In this document: one piece after another, positions 39,051 through 41,401 of the stretch
How positions within the stretch are numbered: position 1 is the first letter of the stretch
Layout: every line of letters begins with the position of its first letter
Source: Flavobacteriales bacterium
GTDB taxonomy: Bacteria > Bacteroidota > Bacteroidia > NS11-12g > UBA955
DNA: 41,401 nucleotides
Direction: 5' to 3'
Assembly (NCBI GenBank): GCA_947463435.1
Contig: CANHTS010000003.1
Span: 1 to 41,401 of the forward strand
The notes under the pieces: generated by a model
The model's database searches: none
The model's input: the letters and a program-made list of their open reading frames with translations, nothing else
Told to the model about the DNA's origin: nothing
Made by a program: the position numbers and the translations under genes

Positions 39051-39782
39051 ATGAGACGTTATCTGTTCGTGTTTCTTAGCCTCTCATGTGCTACAGGCCT
39101 CAGAGCACAAAATGTTCCGGACACCCTGCGTTGGAAGGGCGAAGAACAAAGTATGTACAGTTCGATGGCAGGCTACATGAGCATCCGCGAACGAATGATG
39201 CTCACTGAAATCAACCGCATGCGATCCAATCCGGCGCTCTATGCCGAATTTGCTTCTGTATATCTCGCGCAGCTTGAAGCTGGTCTGCAAGCGCCGCCGA
39301 CGGATCTTACGCTGATTGTGAAGAAAGAAATGGCGCCGGGTTTCTATGTGGATGATACCTTGCGTGGGCGGCGGATTTTTGAAGATGATATCCGTTCTAC
39401 CCGCGAGTTGATTGCGCAGTTGCAAAGTATCCCACCCTTGCCTCCGTTGGTTCCGGACCCATGTTTATATCGCGCAGCCAGGGCGCATGGTTCATTTTTA
39501 CAATCGGCCGGAGATTTGAGTCATATCGGAACCGGAGGCAGCGATATCTGGCAACGCATCAACAGTGAAGCATGTTTTTCATTCAGTTCTTGTGCAGAGA
39601 ACCTGGTGGCTTATCGGGAAAGCATACGCCAGACGGTGCTCGATTTGCTGATCGATGCCTATGTACCCACGCGCATCCACAGGAAAATAATGCTAGACCC
39701 CGGTTTCAATAAAGCGGTTTGCGCGGAAGCCGGCAGAGTAGGCCGTTATCCTTCTGCCTGGGTAATGAACCTGGTGCACTGA
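39051..39782 (+). CDS. Secreted CAP/SCP domain protein
   Basis: Signal peptide, plus EINRMRSNP, L..AARAH, LSHIG, AENL and LLID......HRKIML. Confidence 0.85.
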   Translation: MRRYLFVFLSLSCATGLRAQNVPDTLRWKGEEQSMYSSMAGYMSIRERMMLTEINRMRSNPALYAEFASVYLAQLEAGLQAPPTDLTLIVKKEMAPGFYVDDTLRGRRIFEDDIRSTRELIAQLQSIPPLPPLVPDPCLYRAARAHGSFLQSAGDLSHIGTGGSDIWQRINSEACFSFSSCAENLVAYRESIRQTVLDLLIDAYVPTRIHRKIMLDPGFNKAVCAEAGRVGRYPSAWVMNLVH

Positions 39783-39783
39783 G

Positions 39784-40878
39784 TCAGAGTTTTTTGCGGC
39801 GGTTGGTTTCAAAGTCCTCAAAAACCAATTCGCCCAATCCCTGAAGACCGGTGTAGAAAGCTCTGCCGCCGTTCACTTCGGTAAACTCATGGACAAACTG
39901 TTGCAGATATGGGTCGCGCGCAATCATGAAAGTAGTCACCGGAATTTTCAATCTTCGGCACTGTGCCGCCATTTGGAGTGTACGGTTGATGATTTTGCGG
40001 TCGAGCCCGAAACTGTTTTTGTAGTAATTGCCGTTTTCCTTGAGACAGGAAGGTTTCCCGTCGGTAATCATGAATATTTGGCGGTTGGGATTCTTTTTCC
40101 TGCGCAGCAGTTCCATCGCTAATTCGAGGCCTGCGACTGTATTGGTATGGAATGGGCCAACCTGCAGGTAAGGCAGATCTTTTACGCTGATGGGCCATGC
40201 ATCATTGCCGAATGCGATGATATCGAGCGTGTCTTTCGGGTATTTGATGCGGATGAGTTCGGCGAGCGCCATGGCTACCTTTTTAGCCGGTGTAATGCGG
40301 TCTTCGCCATATAGAATCATGCTATGGCTCACATCGATCATCAGCACGGTGCTGGTTTGCGATTTGTGTTCGCGTTCGCGCACCACCAGATCGCGTTCCT
40401 CCAGGCTTTCGAATTCTCTGCCGGCACGGATTTGGGCATTCCGCAGGCTGTCGGTCATGCTGATGTTGTCGAGCCCATCACCAAAACGGTATTCGCGTAA
40501 ATCGGCCGACATTTCGTCGCCCTGACCGGTGAAGGTGGTTTTGTGTTGTCCGGCTTTACCTTTCTTCAGTTTGCCGAAAATTTGTTCCAGCGCGTCGCGG
40601 CGAATTTGTTGTTCTGTTGATGGAGAGATGGCGATGCTCCCATCTTCATTGTCTTTCAGGTAACCTTTTTCGCGCAGCTCTTCGATGAAGTCACCAATAC
40701 CGTAGTTGCCGGGTGTCAGTTCATGGGCTTTGTCGAGTTCCGTGAGCCAGTCGAGCGCTTCTGCGACGTCGCCACTGGTATGGACCAATAGTTCGCGAAA
40801 GATGCGGAAAAGAGAATCGAAATTCGATTCTTCCTTGTTTTCAAAGTATCGACTGAAAATGAAACCGGGTCTGGCCAT
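39784..40878 (-). CDS. vWA domain protein (YehP/Ca-activated chloride channel-like bacterial family)
   Basis: Motifs TVLMIDVSHSMILYGEDRITPAKKVAMAL, GPFHTNT and MITDGKP. Start placed at MARPG. Confidence 0.9.
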   Translation of the reverse strand: MARPGFIFSRYFENKEESNFDSLFRIFRELLVHTSGDVAEALDWLTELDKAHELTPGNYGIGDFIEELREKGYLKDNEDGSIAISPSTEQQIRRDALEQIFGKLKKGKAGQHKTTFTGQGDEMSADLREYRFGDGLDNISMTDSLRNAQIRAGREFESLEERDLVVREREHKSQTSTVLMIDVSHSMILYGEDRITPAKKVAMALAELIRIKYPKDTLDIIAFGNDAWPISVKDLPYLQVGPFHTNTVAGLELAMELLRRKKNPNRQIFMITDGKPSCLKENGNYYKNSFGLDRKIINRTLQMAAQCRRLKIPVTTFMIARDPYLQQFVHEFTEVNGGRAFYTGLQGLGELVFEDFETNRRKKL

Positions 40879-41014
40879 GGATGCGTATAACGGAACATCG
40901 AAGTTCGGTAATAGGTTTGAATGGATTGGCAGTGTAGGGTGCTTCGAGGAAAGAAAGAGGGTGAAGCACTCGTGCTTTGACAGCAATGAAGCACAGGTTG
41001 AACGGTGTTAACAC

Positions 41015-41355
41015 CAGAGCATACGGAAGCTTGCACCAGGGATTGTAATGCCGATGGGACCCGTTGAAAATGAAGGCTTTGACGATTTTGAGTCCGATTA
41101 TGCGGAAGCTTGCACCAGGGATTGTGCTGCCGCTGTAACCGGTTGGAAATAAATGCTTTGGGGATCTTGAGTCCGATTATACGGAAGCTTGCACCAGGGA
41201 TTCTGATGTCGCTGTAACCGGTTGGAAAAGAAGACGTTAAGAATCTTGAGTCCGATTATACGGAAGCATGCACCAGGGATTGTAATGCCGATGGAACCCG
41301 TTGAAAAAGAAGGCGTTAAGGTTTTTATGGCCGACTACACGGAAGCTTGCACCAA
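41015..41355 (+). repeat. Non-coding tandem array of 79-bp units (4 full plus a partial 5th), each starting with an IS1595 terminus-like motif
   Basis: Units start at 41015, 41094, 41173, 41252 and 41331 with an exact 79-bp period and no indels. Consensus head: CCGATTATACGGAAGCTTGCACCAGGGATT. Units 2 and 3 differ at 12 of 79 positions. Confidence 0.95.
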
Positions 41356-41401
41356 GAATCCGTAGGATGGCTGTTTTATGCTCTGGTTGCCCGCGCAGGA
41401 G

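Noticed and set aside
41015-41355. CRISPR array interpretation (30-nt repeat plus 49-nt spacer)
   Set aside because: The would-be spacers are clearly homologous to each other and align without indels, and no cas genes are in the window.
41015-41355. Integron attC sites
   Set aside because: TAAC and GTT motifs in units 2 and 3 are only 2 nt apart, there are no cassette ORFs between units, and no integrase is present.
161-41355. The whole window as a composite transposon bounded by the inverted IS-end motifs
   Set aside because: The content is core housekeeping (carB, pgk, der, bamA), no second transposase is visible, and I saw no target duplication. Contig breakage at repeats is the simpler explanation.

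Overview
This is a 41.4 kb, densely coding chromosomal segment from a Bacteroidota bacterium. The assignment rests on TAnnTTTG -7 promoter elements, T9SS C-terminal sorting domains and the DUF6089-uppS-bamA gene order. It holds about 27 complete genes, mostly housekeeping or cell-envelope: carB, pgk, der, uppS, bamA, an RsmF-like methyltransferase, a fatty acid desaturase, M16 and M28 peptidases, SRAP, CapA, a GT4 and a 2.4 kaa PKD/T9SS-B adhesin-like protein. The most unusual signal is at the two window ends and is missed by the ORF track. The left end carries the 3' tail of an IS1595-family transposase running into a putative terminal inverted repeat (161-188). The right end carries a non-coding tandem array of 79-bp units (41015-41355). 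Each unit begins with an inverted near-copy of that IS terminus, followed by a variable segment that can fold into a hairpin with compensatory changes and shows a recombinant mosaic pattern. Many genes have the -7 element only 3-9 nt before the start codon, suggesting leaderless or near-leaderless transcripts. I recognised no rRNA, tRNA, cas genes or true CRISPR array. All family assignments come from motif recognition by eye, not database searches.
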